A stretch of 61,066 nucleotides of DNA, counting the filler. It is 3 parts of 3 records of this genome, joined end to end, with 100 filler letters (N's around TTAATTAATTAA, not from the genome) between each part and the next. Parts side by side here need not be neighbours in the genome. Positions count along the whole stretch, not along the records: positions 1 to 26,208 come from SRR20825006_1588; 2 more parts are not named here. The stretch is one strand, 5' to 3'. Numbering within the stretch: the stretch's first letter is position 1; the number at the start of each line of letters is the position of its first letter. Below the pieces are notes generated by a model. That model did no database searches. It was not told the DNA's origin and saw nothing but the letters and a program-made list of their open reading frames with translations. A program made the position numbers and the translations under genes. This document shows positions 17,087-26,208 of this stretch, one piece after another.

Positions 17087-17971
17087 ATGACTTCCAACAG
17101 CAACGACCCCAAACACACAGGGCCGATCAAGGCCACGCCGTTGCTCGAGTCCCTCTTCGGGCTCGATGGCGGCGCCATGTTCGGCATCATCCCCAGGCCC
17201 CTGTGGGAGAAGACCAATCCCCCCGATGAGAATAACCGCATCGCGATGGCGGCGCGCTGCCTCTTGCTCGAATGGGCCGACGGCACGCGCGCGCTGGTGG
17301 ATGTGGGGATGGGCGAGCGCTGGAGCGAGAAGGAGCGCGGCATTTACGCGATCCGGGAGCAGGATGGAGGATTGCGCGAGGCGCTAAAAGAGCGCGCCAT
17401 CGATCCGACCTCGATCGATCACGTGATCCTGACGCACCTGCACTTCGACCACGCGGGCGGCCTGAAGAAGACCGACGGGAGCGCCGCCTTCGCGGGCGCG
17501 ACGCACTGGGTTCAGCAGCGCAACTGGGCGTGGGCGCATGGCCCCTCGGCCAGAGATGGTGGGAGCTATCGCCCGGAGGACTGGGCGTTTCTGGGCGAGG
17601 ATGGAGCGCCGACGCTCGAGCTTGTCGATGGCATCAGCGAGATTTTGCCTGGCGTCGAGGTCTTGCCACAGCATGGGCACACCTTCGGGATGCAGGTCGT
17701 CAAGGTTCGCCTGCCACATGCGACGCTGGCGTTTGTCGCTGATCTTATCCCGACCTCTTCTCACCTTCGCGACCCGTACGTGATGGGTTATGATTTGCAA
17801 CCACTGGTGACGGTGCAGGAGAAGCGCGCGTTGCTTTACGAAGCCGCGCGTCATGATTGGGTGCTCTGTTTCGAGCACGATCCTGTATGTGATCTGGCGC
17901 GCGTCGAACTCGACAAACGAGGAAGACCGCGTCCCGTCCCAGTCACCCTCGAACAACTCCACGGAGCTTGA
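17087..17971 (+). CDS. MBL-fold metallo-hydrolase (YtnP-like)
   Basis: LDGGAMFGIIPRPLWEK, THLHFDHAGG, GHT, ADLIPT, MGYD, FEHDP motifs. Confidence 0.9.
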   Translation: MTSNSNDPKHTGPIKATPLLESLFGLDGGAMFGIIPRPLWEKTNPPDENNRIAMAARCLLLEWADGTRALVDVGMGERWSEKERGIYAIREQDGGLREALKERAIDPTSIDHVILTHLHFDHAGGLKKTDGSAAFAGATHWVQQRNWAWAHGPSARDGGSYRPEDWAFLGEDGAPTLELVDGISEILPGVEVLPQHGHTFGMQVVKVRLPHATLAFVADLIPTSSHLRDPYVMGYDLQPLVTVQEKRALLYEAARHDWVLCFEHDPVCDLARVELDKRGRPRPVPVTLEQLHGA

Positions 17972-17975
17972 AGAC

Positions 17976-19037
17976 GTGTCACCGGTCGCGCTGCTTATTT
18001 TTTATGTGTTGTTGGCCCTGGGGGTCTCCTTCCTCTGCTCGGTCCTGGAGGCCGTGCTGCTTTCGATCACGCCTTCCTATATCGCCACGCTGGAGGGCTC
18101 GGGCAATCCGGCAGGCGCCAAGCTGCGAGGGTTCAAGGATGATATCGATCGCCCGCTGGCCGCCATCCTGAGCCTGAACACTGTCGCGCACACGGTGGGC
18201 GCATCGGGCGCTGGCGCCAAGGCGCTCGAGGTCTTTGGAGACGCGTATGTCGCGGCGGCATCTGCCGTCTTGACGCTGCTCATTTTGATCTTCTCCGAGA
18301 TCATCCCCAAGACGCTCGGCGCGCGATACTGGAAGGTGCTCGCGCCTTACGCCGCGCGCGTGCTCAAGTGGCTCATCTACGTCACGCTCCCGCTGGTGTG
18401 GCTCTCGCAAGGAATCACTCGCCTCATGGGCGGAAGCCCCCACGGTGAGCCCGCGATCTCGCGCGAGGAGTTCGAGATCCTGGCCGATATCGGCTCCAAG
18501 GATGGCATCCTCGATGAAGAGGAGTCGAGAATCCTGGCGAACCTGTTTCGCCTCAACGCTCTGAGAGCGCGCGATGTGATGACACCGCGCACGGTGATTC
18601 TGGCGTTCGACGAGGATATGACCGTCGCCGAGGCGATGGACGACGAGCAGACGATGCGCTTCTCGCGTATCCCGATCTACAACAAGAATGTCGATGGCAT
18701 CACGGGCTACGTGCTCAAGCAGGAGATCCTGCTCTCCTCGGCGAGGGATATGCATGACAAGAGGCTCGACGATCTTCGCCGAGACCTGTTGATTATCCCC
18801 GTGCACACCAAGTTGCATCGCGCGCTCGACATGATGCTCGAGCGTCAGGAGCATATCGCGCTCCTGATCGACGAATACGGCGGCACCGTGGGCATCCTCA
18901 CCATGGAGGATCTCGTCGAGACGCTGCTCGGGCTCGAGATCGTCGACGAGTTGGACGCCACCGTCGATATGCAAGGGCTCGCCAGAAAGGAGTGGGAGAA
19001 GCGCGCAGCACGCCTCGGACTCACCGGCAAGGAGTGA
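17976..19037 (+). CDS. CNNM/hemolysin-family (DUF21 + CBS pair) membrane protein
   Basis: GTG 17976 after GGAG; SFLCSVLEAVLLS, FSEIIPKT, VMTPR, FSRIPIY, DEYGG..GILTMEDLVE. Confidence 0.9.
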   Translation: MSPVALLIFYVLLALGVSFLCSVLEAVLLSITPSYIATLEGSGNPAGAKLRGFKDDIDRPLAAILSLNTVAHTVGASGAGAKALEVFGDAYVAAASAVLTLLILIFSEIIPKTLGARYWKVLAPYAARVLKWLIYVTLPLVWLSQGITRLMGGSPHGEPAISREEFEILADIGSKDGILDEEESRILANLFRLNALRARDVMTPRTVILAFDEDMTVAEAMDDEQTMRFSRIPIYNKNVDGITGYVLKQEILLSSARDMHDKRLDDLRRDLLIIPVHTKLHRALDMMLERQEHIALLIDEYGGTVGILTMEDLVETLLGLEIVDELDATVDMQGLARKEWEKRAARLGLTGKE

Positions 19038-19043
19038 GCGCTC

Positions 19044-19067
19044 GCGCCCACCCTCGAAGGTGGGCGC
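19044..19067. terminator. GC-rich hairpin after the CNNM gene
   Basis: GCGCCCACC-6nt-GGTGGGCGC 9-bp stem; no U-tract. Confidence 0.4.
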
Positions 19068-19109
19068 ACCTACCTGAAGTGACGATTCTGTGCCATCGAG
19101 GGGATTGCG

Positions 19110-19198
19110 GTTGACTCCCGAGTCAACTTGCTCATATTGGATTGTCGAGTGATTCGGTAAGGATTAAGCATGCAATCCTGACCAAAACAATCAAGAAT
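19110..19198 (+). promoter_or_regulatory. Promoter/operator of the rrf2-cysteine operon: palindrome over a -35 box plus two Rrf2 (IscR type-1-like) sites
   Basis: GTTGACTC-CC-GAGTCAAC (19110-19127) contains TTGACT; AATCCTGACCAAAACAATCAAGAAT (19174-19198) matches ATASYYGACTRWWWYAGTCRRSTAT at 20/25; inverted copy at 19141-19165 matches at 19/25. Confidence 0.65.
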
Positions 19199-19202
19199 AA
19201 GA

Positions 19203-19685
19203 ATGAAACTCTCCAACCGCGCCATATACGGTATCCGCGCGCTCTTTGACCTCGCCTACCACGGCGGACAGGGGCCGGTGCAGATCCGAGAAATCGCCGA
19301 GCGCGAGGACATCCCGCTGCGCTTCCTCGAGCAGATCTTCCAGGATCTTCGGCGCGCGGAGTTGGTCGAGAGCAAGCGCGGCCCCAAGGGGGGCTTCCTG
19401 CTCTCGCGCGAACCCAAGGACATCACGCTGGCGCAGGCGCTCGAAGCGCTCGAAGACGCGCCGCAGTTCTACTCTCCGGGTGAAGAGGCGGTATCGCCTT
19501 CATCCGCCGCCCAGAGTGACAGGGGCGCGCCAGCGTCCTGGCTTGTCCCCGACGCGGTTTGCGCGCAAGCCTTCGCCGAGATCTCACGCATGTTCAAGGG
19601 GATCACGCTCGCTGATATCATGGAACGTGGGGAGGAACTTGGCCTCCAGCGCGATTGCTACGAGAGCTTTACTTATGTCATCTGA
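19203..19685 (+). CDS. Rrf2-family transcriptional regulator (CymR-like)
   Basis: MKLSNRAIYGIRALFDLA, IAEREDIPLRFLEQIF, VESKRGPKGGF; lacks the IscR three-Cys cluster motif; ends FTYVI. Confidence 0.92.
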   Translation: MKLSNRAIYGIRALFDLAYHGGQGPVQIREIAEREDIPLRFLEQIFQDLRRAELVESKRGPKGGFLLSREPKDITLAQALEALEDAPQFYSPGEEAVSPSSAAQSDRGAPASWLVPDAVCAQAFAEISRMFKGITLADIMERGEELGLQRDCYESFTYVI

Positions 19686-20628
19686 GCAGACACGTAGCCA
19701 ACCCGCGCCCTCGACCACGCTGGCGAGCGGACCTCGCGTCAGCCGCGTCAGCGAGTTGATCGGAAACACACCGCTTATCAAGCTGCGAAAGCTTGGCAAG
19801 GAGGGGGGCGCCCCGATTTACGTCAAGCTCGAGAACCTCAACCCCTCGGGCTCCATCCGCGACCGCTACATCGCCGAGATCCTGCAACGCAGCGTCGAGG
19901 CGGGGCAGACGATGTCGGGCGACTCGATCGCGCTGGCGGGGATGAACGACTCGGCGGTCTCGGCATCCCTGATCGGGCATCAACTCGGGCTCATCGTGCA
20001 CGTCTTCGCGCCAAAGGACGCATCGCGAAGGCTCGCTCACCTGGTCCTCAAGCTCGGCGCCAAGATCACCTGGACGGACGCAGAAGGTGGCCTCGATGGC
20101 GCCATCGAGGCGGCCGCATCCTGGGCGAGGGAAGCGCCTGACAGGTTGTACGTGGACGCGTTTCGCCGCCAGGCGATCAAGGATGCCTACCAGGGAATCT
20201 CCGATGAGATGTTGCTCGCGTTGCGAGGACAACAGCTCGGCGCGTTCGTCACCTCCATCTCGACCGGGGGCACGTTCCGAGAGGTCGCGCCCTACCTGCG
20301 GCGCTCCTTCCCGATGCTTCGCATGGGAGGCGCCGTGCTCATCGATGTCGAAACAAAGGCGCTCGCGGCGAACCCCAACAACATCATCGAGCATATCTCT
20401 CTGGAGCGAGCATGGGAGGTGCGCGACCAGGTCGCGCGAACTCAGGGGCTCCTGCTTGGCCCGAAGGGCTCGGCATGCGTCGCGCTCGCCATGGACATCC
20501 AGGAGCAAATCCCTGGAGATCAGGTCATCGTCGCGCTCAACCCGGACGCCGGGCAGCGCTACCTCGGATGGGAAGACAAGCCGCTTTTCAAAGACACCTA
20601 CATCGAGGGTTGTCCCTCCAAACAATAA
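19675..20628 (+). CDS. Cysteine synthase-like fold-type II protein lacking the PLP-binding lysine (probable pseudoenzyme)
   Basis: ATG 19675 overlaps rrf2; IGNTPLIKL, KLENLNPSGSIRDR (canonical SVKDR), PDAGQRYL; TSGNTG loop replaced by GMNDSA. Confidence 0.85.
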   Translation: MSSEQTRSQPAPSTTLASGPRVSRVSELIGNTPLIKLRKLGKEGGAPIYVKLENLNPSGSIRDRYIAEILQRSVEAGQTMSGDSIALAGMNDSAVSASLIGHQLGLIVHVFAPKDASRRLAHLVLKLGAKITWTDAEGGLDGAIEAAASWAREAPDRLYVDAFRRQAIKDAYQGISDEMLLALRGQQLGAFVTSISTGGTFREVAPYLRRSFPMLRMGGAVLIDVETKALAANPNNIIEHISLERAWEVRDQVARTQGLLLGPKGSACVALAMDIQEQIPGDQVIVALNPDAGQRYLGWEDKPLFKDTYIEGCPSKQ

Positions 20629-20761
20629 GACAGTTCCTCACGAGTGACCTCGCGTCCACGAGGACAAAGGTCGCTCGAAACACTGGAAAAACCACGCCCG
20701 CACCTGCACACTTACAGGAACCGCAGGTCGGCGTTTTGCCTTTAATGAGAAAGGAGCCATC

Positions 20762-21043
20762 ATGTCAGTCCAAGTTCGCATCCCGACGCCGTTGCGCAAG
20801 TTCACAAACAGCCTCGAATCCGTCGCCGTCGAAGGCACCACCGTCGGAGAGGCGCTCCAGAACCTCGCCGAGAATCACCCCGGCATCAAACAGCGCCTGT
20901 TCACTGACGAGGGCAAGGTTCGCCGCTTCGTCAACATCTTCGCCAATGAAGAGGACATCCGCTTCCTCGAGCAGCTCGACACGACGCTCGAAGATGGCGA
21001 CGAGCTCTCGATCGTGCCAGCGATCGCGGGAGGCGCGGCGTGA
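20762..21043 (+). CDS. MoaD/ThiS-family sulfur-carrier protein (CysO-like) with C-terminal GG-AA
   Basis: VRIPTPLRKFT, RRFVNIFANEEDIRFL..LDT.L.DGDELSIVPAIAGG then AA; AAGGAG RBS. Confidence 0.9.
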   Translation: MSVQVRIPTPLRKFTNSLESVAVEGTTVGEALQNLAENHPGIKQRLFTDEGKVRRFVNIFANEEDIRFLEQLDTTLEDGDELSIVPAIAGGAA

Positions 21044-21981
21044 CCCCACACCGCTCCTGGACAAGTCGCAACTCGGGCGTCCACCCGCCCAAGCGCTACA
21101 ACAACCTCATCGAGATGATCGGCAACACGCCGCTGGTCAAGCTCCAGGGGGTCACGCGCGACCTCCCGAAGGAGGTCGAGGTCTGGGCCAAGCTCGAGTT
21201 CATGAACCCGGGCGGCTCCGTCAAGGACCGCCCCGCACGCCAGATCATCCTCGACGCCATCGCCGACGGAAAGCTCGGCTCCGGGCAGCGGTTGATCGAC
21301 GCCACGAGCGGAAACACCGGCATCGCCTACGCCATGCTCGGCGCGGCGCTCGATGTGCCGATCACGCTCGTGATGCCAGGCAATGTCTCTGAACAACGCC
21401 GCCACATCGTCACGACCTTTGGCGCAGAGATCATCCTCTCCGACCCCATGGCGGGGAGCGATGGCGCCATCACGCTCGTGCGAGAGTTGATGGAGCAGGA
21501 CACCGAGGGGAAGTACTTCTATGCAGACCAGTACTCGAACCCCTCCAATCCTCTGGCGCATACGCTGACCACCGCGCCAGAGATCTGGAAGCAAACCGAC
21601 GGGCGCGTCACCCACTTTGTCGCGTGCACTGGCACCAGCGGCACCGTCATGGGCACAGGGCGCGGACTCAAAGGATACTCCGAAGAGATCAAGGTCATCG
21701 GCGCGCAACCCGCCGACGCCTTCCACGGGCTCGAAGGGTTAAAGCATATGCCATCGAGCATCGTCCCCAGGATCTACCACGAAGACCTCCTCGATGATGT
21801 CCTGTGGATCGAGACCGAGGAGGGGTGGGATATGGCAGAGCAGCTCGCCATCGACGAGGGGCTCGCTGCCGGAAACTCTGGCGGCGCCAACGTCGTCGCG
21901 GCCCTGAGGATCGCGAGCGAGCTCGAGAAAGGGGTCGTCGTCACCGTCATCTGCGATCACGCCGATCGCTACATGGATTGA
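21040..21981 (+). CDS. cysM: PLP-dependent cysteine synthase (CysM-like)
   Basis: Intact NPGGSVKDR, ATSGNTG, GTSGT, GNSGGA motifs; lies between sulfur-carrier and JAMM genes; GTG overlaps the upstream stop. Confidence 0.8.
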   Translation: MTPHRSWTSRNSGVHPPKRYNNLIEMIGNTPLVKLQGVTRDLPKEVEVWAKLEFMNPGGSVKDRPARQIILDAIADGKLGSGQRLIDATSGNTGIAYAMLGAALDVPITLVMPGNVSEQRRHIVTTFGAEIILSDPMAGSDGAITLVRELMEQDTEGKYFYADQYSNPSNPLAHTLTTAPEIWKQTDGRVTHFVACTGTSGTVMGTGRGLKGYSEEIKVIGAQPADAFHGLEGLKHMPSSIVPRIYHEDLLDDVLWIETEEGWDMAEQLAIDEGLAAGNSGGANVVAALRIASELEKGVVVTVICDHADRYMD

Positions 21982-21993
21982 GCGAGGCTGGAT

Positions 21994-22497
21994 GTGAGCA
22001 TTTGGAGCGATGAGAACCTCGAAGACATCATCGAGTGGGTCGAGGCTGCCTACCCCGAGGAGGGGTGTGGATTGATCCTCGAGAAGCCTGACGGCGCCAT
22101 CGAGGTCATGCGTTGTGAGAACCTCGCCAACAAGTACCACGCGCTCGATCCCGAGACCTACCCGCGCACCGCAGAGACCTTCTACATGATCAACCCCATG
22201 GAGTTTGTCAAAGCGGAGCGACGAGAGGATCGGGTGGCCGTGGTCTTTCACAGCCACGCCGACGTGGGCGATTACTTTAGCGAGGAAGATGTCGCTGGCG
22301 CCACGATGCCCCGCTTTGATCCCGAGGATCCGATCGAACCCGCGCACCCCGGCGTCGACTACCTCGTCGTATCGGTGCGCGAAGGAAAGGCAGACCACGC
22401 CACCCTCTTTCGCTTCGACGACGCGACGCAAACGTTCGCTGGCGTCACCAAAATCTCCATCGACGGCGACAACTACAGCATCAGCGAGAGCGCCTGA
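21994..22497 (+). CDS. JAMM/MPN+ metallopeptidase (Mec-like CysO-cysteine peptidase)
   Basis: YPEEGCG and FHSH-x7-S-x2-D JAMM motif (FHSHADVGDYFSEED). Confidence 0.88.
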   Translation: MSIWSDENLEDIIEWVEAAYPEEGCGLILEKPDGAIEVMRCENLANKYHALDPETYPRTAETFYMINPMEFVKAERREDRVAVVFHSHADVGDYFSEEDVAGATMPRFDPEDPIEPAHPGVDYLVVSVREGKADHATLFRFDDATQTFAGVTKISIDGDNYSISESA

Positions 22498-24052
22498 AGA
22501 GCTCGAAGGCGAACTCCTCGTCGACCTTTTCCCAATCCGAAGACTCCAGGAGAGCCCGGCTCAAGGCCGGGCTCTCCTGTTTGTCGATCAGGATCGTCCC
22601 CACCTCGTGCGCCTCGAGCTTCGCGCCCCACCCCTCCTTCGCCGCCATGATCGCGAAGTAATCCTCCCACACATCCTCGGGGATGATGCCAAAGCGCTGG
22701 TCGACAAATGCAACCTGCGCGGGCGCCTCTCTCGCGAGCGAGAACTCGAGCGCGCCGCCGAGCGCCTGCGCGTGGAAGAGGCGCCCCTTATAGCCCTTGT
22801 TGGAGAGGTCCCCGATGATCCTCAGCGGGTGCTGGCGATCCATCGTCTCGTAGCCCTTGTAGGGCAAGAACCCTTCGCTCGCGCTCGGGTCCCCTCCAGC
22901 GGTCAAGAGCGCATGACCGGGTAATCCAGGCAACAGCACCAGAAACGCGAGCATGAGGACACACGACAGGACGAGGTTGATCGATCCTTCGGTCCTCGTC
23001 ACCTCGGCGTCTTCTTCGCCCGCGGAGCCAGCGAGAAGAGGCACGCGCGTGGTCAGTGGGGCGAGGCAAACGACCAGCGAGAGCCCCCACCAGATGGCGC
23101 TCCGAGAGCTCGTCGCCGCGAGGACAGCGAGCCCCAACAGCGGCACGAGCGCGCGCCAACCGACATCCCTGTGGCGCCAGCATCCGAACAGCGTGGACGC
23201 CACGAGTGACACGTAGAAGAAGATGCCCACGGCATCGAGCGCGAATGGCTCCCACTCGGTCACGCTCCCACCCGACATCTTCGATGAGAGCGAGAACGCA
23301 TAGGTCCATACATGCACGCCATATGGATTGAGCAAGGTCGCCAACACGATCACAGTCACCGCCCCGCCCCATCGCAGTAACCTCCCCCGGTCGACCTCGC
23401 GGCTTTCGATAAAGCGATCGAGCGCTTCGCCAAAGCCAACCGCGCCGACGAGCAAGGGCGCGAGCAGGAATGACCCGTGTACGTTTGCCCAGACCACCGC
23501 GGCGGCGCACGCGAGCCCCATCCAGCGCCAGCGCAGCTTTCGCTCGGAGACGAGCAGGCTGACGCCGAGCACACAAATCATCAGCGGGTAGGCGAACATT
23601 CTGGTGCGAATGGAGATCCCAGAGGATGCGAGGATAACCCCCAGGCCAGCGAGCGCGCCGAGCGCGCGCGGCGCGTGCTTTCGACGCGTGGCGAACTCGA
23701 GCGCGATAAGCACCGCGCCAGAGATCAGGAGCGCGTGCAGCCACACCATCGCGCCGTGCCCGAGGTGTTCGACGACCTCCCACATCGACCTCTGCGCCAG
23801 CCATGGTTGATTCATGAACGGCGCGTCCGCCGGGATCGTGTAGAGGAAGAGGTTCGAGGCTGGGATATGGCCGAGCTGCTCCATCGCCCTCCCCTGCACG
23901 ATCGGCCACCAGTAATCATTGGGAGGGTTTGGCACGAGCGCCACGCGCGCCACGACGCACATCGGGATCAACAACCAGAGCGCATCGAGTGAGAGCGGCC
24001 AGCGAAACCAGCGCCTGAGTCCTGTCGGTGATGTCTGCTCTTCTGAAGTCAC
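22481..24052 (-). CDS. Polytopic membrane protein, possible GT-C glycosyltransferase
   Basis: About 11-12 hydrophobic segments; early-loop NDYWW, QPWL, WANVHGSF motifs; soluble C-terminal domain. Confidence 0.6.
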   Translation of the reverse strand: MTSEEQTSPTGLRRWFRWPLSLDALWLLIPMCVVARVALVPNPPNDYWWPIVQGRAMEQLGHIPASNLFLYTIPADAPFMNQPWLAQRSMWEVVEHLGHGAMVWLHALLISGAVLIALEFATRRKHAPRALGALAGLGVILASSGISIRTRMFAYPLMICVLGVSLLVSERKLRWRWMGLACAAAVVWANVHGSFLLAPLLVGAVGFGEALDRFIESREVDRGRLLRWGGAVTVIVLATLLNPYGVHVWTYAFSLSSKMSGGSVTEWEPFALDAVGIFFYVSLVASTLFGCWRHRDVGWRALVPLLGLAVLAATSSRSAIWWGLSLVVCLAPLTTRVPLLAGSAGEEDAEVTRTEGSINLVLSCVLMLAFLVLLPGLPGHALLTAGGDPSASEGFLPYKGYETMDRQHPLRIIGDLSNKGYKGRLFHAQALGGALEFSLAREAPAQVAFVDQRFGIIPEDVWEDYFAIMAAKEGWGAKLEAHEVGTILIDKQESPALSRALLESSDWEKVDEEFAFELFRRSR

Positions 24053-26208
24053 TTACCACACACGAAGGGGCGCCATTTCGCGCTCTCTGCCTCGGTCATT
24101 TTGGGGATCGCCACGAGCTCGCCCCCGAGGAACGCGTTCGCCACGACCGCGCCACAACGCAGCGGCGCGACGGTCTCATCACACCCAGGAGCGGTGAACT
24201 TCTCACCGCTCGCCATCCCCATCGGATCGAGCGGGTCGATGGCATCCTCGGAGGACGAGGTGGTCTCTTTGTACTCGGGCAGGATGCAGCTTGCCAACTC
24301 GGGAAGCTTCTTGGCGGCGCGTTTGGCGCAGAGAGCGCGGCCGATGGTGCGCGTATCCTTGCCTGCCATGCACAGCGTGTGCTCGAAGCCTCCCGAAGAC
24401 GAGAGCGCGCTCATCCACAGCGAGAGCTGCCGCGACGCCATCGTCGTCAGCGCGAGCATGATCGCGCCCTGGTCGATAGGTGCCTTGCTCGCGGGGGCGG
24501 TCGAGATGTTAAAGAGCCCTTGCCAGCTGCCACCGTGGAGCTGGTTTGTCACCGGATCGACCTCCCACCAGGAGGTCCGCTCCTGTGTACCAAGGCTGAC
24601 GGGGCGACTCGGGACGAGGATAATCACGCCGCTCTTCTTCACCTTTTTGGAGAGGTGCTCGCTGACGCCTTCGGGCTTCTCGATCTTCCTCGCCGCAGCG
24701 AGGTCGCCTCGGTGCAATGTGTGCACAGGGACCTTGCCCGAGATGGCTTTCTCGAAGACGGCGGTCGTGGTCATCGGCTTCGCGCCGACGAGTGATTCTA
24801 TCAATGCCCCGCGCACCTCGTCCGAGAAGCGACCGTAGAGGACGCCAAACGCCGTGGCGTTCACCTGCGGCACCCCCAACCCGGCGAGCGCTTCGATGCG
24901 TTCGCCTTGAATCCCGCTCTGCAAACGGATGGTGTCGCGATCGCGCACCACCGAGGTCACGAAGATACGAGGCCGGTACATCACCGGCTTGACCCCGAGC
25001 GCGCCCGCGAGCTTGATGCTCAGGCGATCGAGGTGGCGCGCGTACACATAAGGGAAGACGCGCACGGATTGCTCGATGAGCGCGGTGGTGGTGTTCTCGA
25101 AGGCGGAGTCTATTTGCGGCCCCTTCGCCTTTCGTTGGGACTTACTCCACGCCATCGCGCTGCTCATCGTATCGCCGAGCGCCTGACCGCCGACGTTTGC
25201 GAGCTGCGCGTCCGAGGTCCAGCCCGCGATGACCGCCATCGAGAGGTGAAGTTGCTCGTAGTCGAAAGGATTCTGTCCCTTCTCGATCTGGTATAGCGGC
25301 TGCGACCAGAGGTGGCGCCTGGCGCTCACCTGGAGATCGAAAGCAAGCTCGAGCGAAGCGAGATCCGATGCGCTGAAGTACTCGGATGCACGCTGCGCTT
25401 TTTTGCCGACCTGGAGCACGGGCCGGTAGCCATCCGAGACGCGCGCGTCTCGCGTGAAGGTGATCGAGAGCGGCCGTGAGGTGAACTCGTCCACGGTCCC
25501 CGAGCGCTTGATGAGGTCAAACTCTCGGCCATCTTTCTGGTGCGCGACGAGGCGCAGCTCGAGCCGCGCCTCGAAGGTTGCAGGCAACGTGTCACCGAAC
25601 CCCTCGCGCTTGCCTCGCGTGGTCTCGAACTCGAGCCCGGTCAAAGGATCTGCGTCCTTGTAGCGCCCCTCATCCTCGACCTCGACCCACGCGTGCGCGC
25701 TCGCTTGAGCGAGGACAAGCGGCGGGTAAACATCGAAGGAGTCATCGTGCACGGGCGCGCCATTACGCTCGATGATCACCTCACCGGTGAAGCGCTTTAG
25801 CAGCGTCGAAGCGTTCTCCTCATCGAGCGAGCCCCAGACGTACCGCACCTTCATCCCCGCGCCCGAGTAGAGCGCGTGGAGCAACCTCGCGATGTCTGCC
25901 GCGTTGCCGCTGCGCGCGGCGAGGACGGTCTCGGGGTCGCGCAACGATCCCGCGTAAGGCTCGAACGTGATCTCGTCGCGAACCCACTCGAAGATCCTCG
26001 CGGGCTTCTTCTTGCCGGTCTTTGACAGGACCTCCTCGACGGTCAGCGGCGGCGCCTTTCTGGCTCGATCGCGCGCCTCGCTGCGAGCCACATCTCGCAT
26101 ATCTCTGGCGGTGCGCTCGATCTCATCGAGCGCGGAGTTCGACGCCTGGACCCTCGGTATGGCGCCATCCTTTTTTGGCGCCTTCTCCGGCTGCTGCGCA
26201 GAGAGGTC
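24049..26208 (-). CDS. Transglutaminase-like domain protein, 5'-truncated by the contig end
   Basis: Frame is open from 26208; FEWVRDEITFEPYAGSLR, SGNAADIARLL, HAWVEV, DADP motifs; stop overlaps the next GTG. Confidence 0.7.
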   Translation of the reverse strand, partial: DLSAQQPEKAPKKDGAIPRVQASNSALDEIERTARDMRDVARSEARDRARKAPPLTVEEVLSKTGKKKPARIFEWVRDEITFEPYAGSLRDPETVLAARSGNAADIARLLHALYSGAGMKVRYVWGSLDEENASTLLKRFTGEVIIERNGAPVHDDSFDVYPPLVLAQASAHAWVEVEDEGRYKDADPLTGLEFETTRGKREGFGDTLPATFEARLELRLVAHQKDGREFDLIKRSGTVDEFTSRPLSITFTRDARVSDGYRPVLQVGKKAQRASEYFSASDLASLELAFDLQVSARRHLWSQPLYQIEKGQNPFDYEQLHLSMAVIAGWTSDAQLANVGGQALGDTMSSAMAWSKSQRKAKGPQIDSAFENTTTALIEQSVRVFPYVYARHLDRLSIKLAGALGVKPVMYRPRIFVTSVVRDRDTIRLQSGIQGERIEALAGLGVPQVNATAFGVLYGRFSDEVRGALIESLVGAKPMTTTAVFEKAISGKVPVHTLHRGDLAAARKIEKPEGVSEHLSKKVKKSGVIILVPSRPVSLGTQERTSWWEVDPVTNQLHGGSWQGLFNISTAPASKAPIDQGAIMLALTTMASRQLSLWMSALSSSGGFEHTLCMAGKDTRTIGRALCAKRAAKKLPELASCILPEYKETTSSSEDAIDPLDPMGMASGEKFTAPGCDETVAPLRCGAVVANAFLGGELVAIPKMTEAESAKWRPFVCGK

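Noticed and set aside
19675-20628. Calling the K->R cysteine-synthase homologue a pseudogene
   Set aside because: Full-length uninterrupted ORF overlapping rrf2, with changes concentrated at active-site motifs; kept as a pseudoenzyme CDS
20762-22497. Ubiquitin-like protein + JAMM as an antiphage or protein-conjugation system
   Set aside because: No E1/E2, CD-NTase or effector; the intervening intact cysteine synthase points to sulfur transfer
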